A DNA stretch of 64,000 nt from Azolla caroliniana (lineage: Eukaryota > Plantae > Polypodiophyta). The translations under genes were made by a program, and so were the position numbers. The notes under the pieces are model-generated. The model ran no database searches, was not told the origin of the DNA, and saw only the letters and a program-made list of their open reading frames with translations. The stretch is taken from contig JBHGNT010000017.1 in the NCBI GenBank assembly GCA_043228905.1, positions 11,718,001-11,782,000 on the forward strand, in the 5' to 3' direction. The number at the start of each line of letters is the position of its first letter. Position 1 is the first letter of the stretch. Below, one piece after another: positions 63,001-64,000 of this stretch.

Positions 63001-64000
63001 GATGTTCGCGGACAAGGCTAGACCACTCTACTCCCTATTAAAGCAGTTCGTGTGGACAGAAGAATGCACACACTCCTTCAAGATCTTGAAAGAATGCCTA
63101 ACTAAGGCCCCCATCCTCCGGCCTCCCGATTGGGCCAAAGAATTCCACGTGCACATCGACGCTTCCGGCTTCGCGATTGGTGCAGTGCTAGCCCAACCCG
63201 GTGAAGGGGCACTTGACCTACCAGTCACCTTCGCTAGTCGCCAGCTAAAAGTTGCGGAACGAAATTATTCCACGACGGAACGGGAGGCTTTGGCCATGGT
63301 CTACAGCATAAAGAAATTCCGCCACTACCTGTTGGCGTCCCGGTTCTCGTTTTTTGTAGACCATCAAGCCCTACTCTACTTAGTAAACAAAACTCACGCC
63401 ACTGGACGCATCTCACGATGGATCGTAACGTTACTCGAGTTCGACTTCAAGGTATTAGTGAGAAAAGGGAAAGACCATGTACTCACCGATCATTTCTCCC
63501 GGATTCCCAACGGAGAAGAAGCCATTGGGGTCGATGATGAAACACCAGATGCAACATTATTCGCGATCGATACCGTACCAACATGGGCATCAGACATAGT
63601 TCGCGTCCTAACCGAAGGAGCGTCCTTCCTAAAACAACTACCACGAACACACGTGCTATCCTTACTAAAGAAATGTGGCCCCTTCACGATGCTCCGAGGC
63701 AATCTGTACTGTCGGGGTAACGACGATCTACTTCAGAGGTGTATAACAGACTATGACGTCGTCACCACCCCTCGAACAAGCTCATTGTAGGAGCGGAAGT
63801 GGTCATTTCAATCACAAGACCACTGCGCGCAAGATCCTCCAGTCCGGCCTATGGTGGCCAACACTCTTCAAAGACGCATACGCGTACGTACGTCGCTGTG
63901 ATGAGTGCCAACGTTTCAAATCATTCGAGAAATGGGGTATCTACTTTATCGGCCCAATCAGCCCAGCTTCCAACCTCAACCGATACAAAATAACCGCCAC
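60048..64000 (+). pseudogene. pol: Gypsy G nucleocapsid-pol (zinc knuckles, protease, RT, RNase H, integrase start), disrupted
   Basis: CFNCQGPHMVSEC, CPGCGKEHLVLDC, AIIDTGA, CVDYR, GFSGYNQI, YVDD, DASG, YSTTERE. Confidence 0.92.

Larger units (their letters stand above)
57224..64000 (+). mobile_element. Ty3/gypsy element G (Athila-like, tRNA-Asp PBS); continues past window end
   Basis: 5' LTR 57224-57791 (TGTTAAG/CTTAACA); PBS TGGCGCCGCTGTCGGGGAT; gag, PR, RT, RH, start of INT. Confidence 0.92.

Overview
This 64-kb window is eukaryotic, gene-free nuclear DNA made almost entirely of nested, decayed LTR retrotransposons. The families suggest a seed-free land plant (fern, lycophyte or liverwort), which is an inference. 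No host protein-coding gene, rRNA, intact tRNA gene or CRISPR array is supported. Main contents: (1) three copies of a non-chromovirus Ty3/gypsy family, here 'A' (A1 1-7407 minus, A2 7408-9008 plus, A3 40373-48824 plus), with ~440-470 bp LTRs and a large extra sense-strand 3' ORF (PMD-like motifs plus coiled coil); (2) a Ty1/copia nest at 17766-40372 with six insertions delimited by target-site duplications (TSDs); (3) further copia and gypsy remnants, solo LTRs and a LINE 3' fragment; (4) an Athila-like gypsy element with a tRNA-Asp PBS from 57224 to the window end. Key observation: all three family-A 3' LTRs lack an adjacent polypurine tract. In its place is a sense-strand copy of the 3' ~32 nt of a tRNA (Arg-like, ending in CCA), split by a 13-nt hairpin insert at the A58/G59 position and ending 2 nt before the LTR. 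The 5' LTR has a separate, conventional PBS. This suggests a retrotransposon that primes both DNA strands with tRNA or a tRNA mimic.
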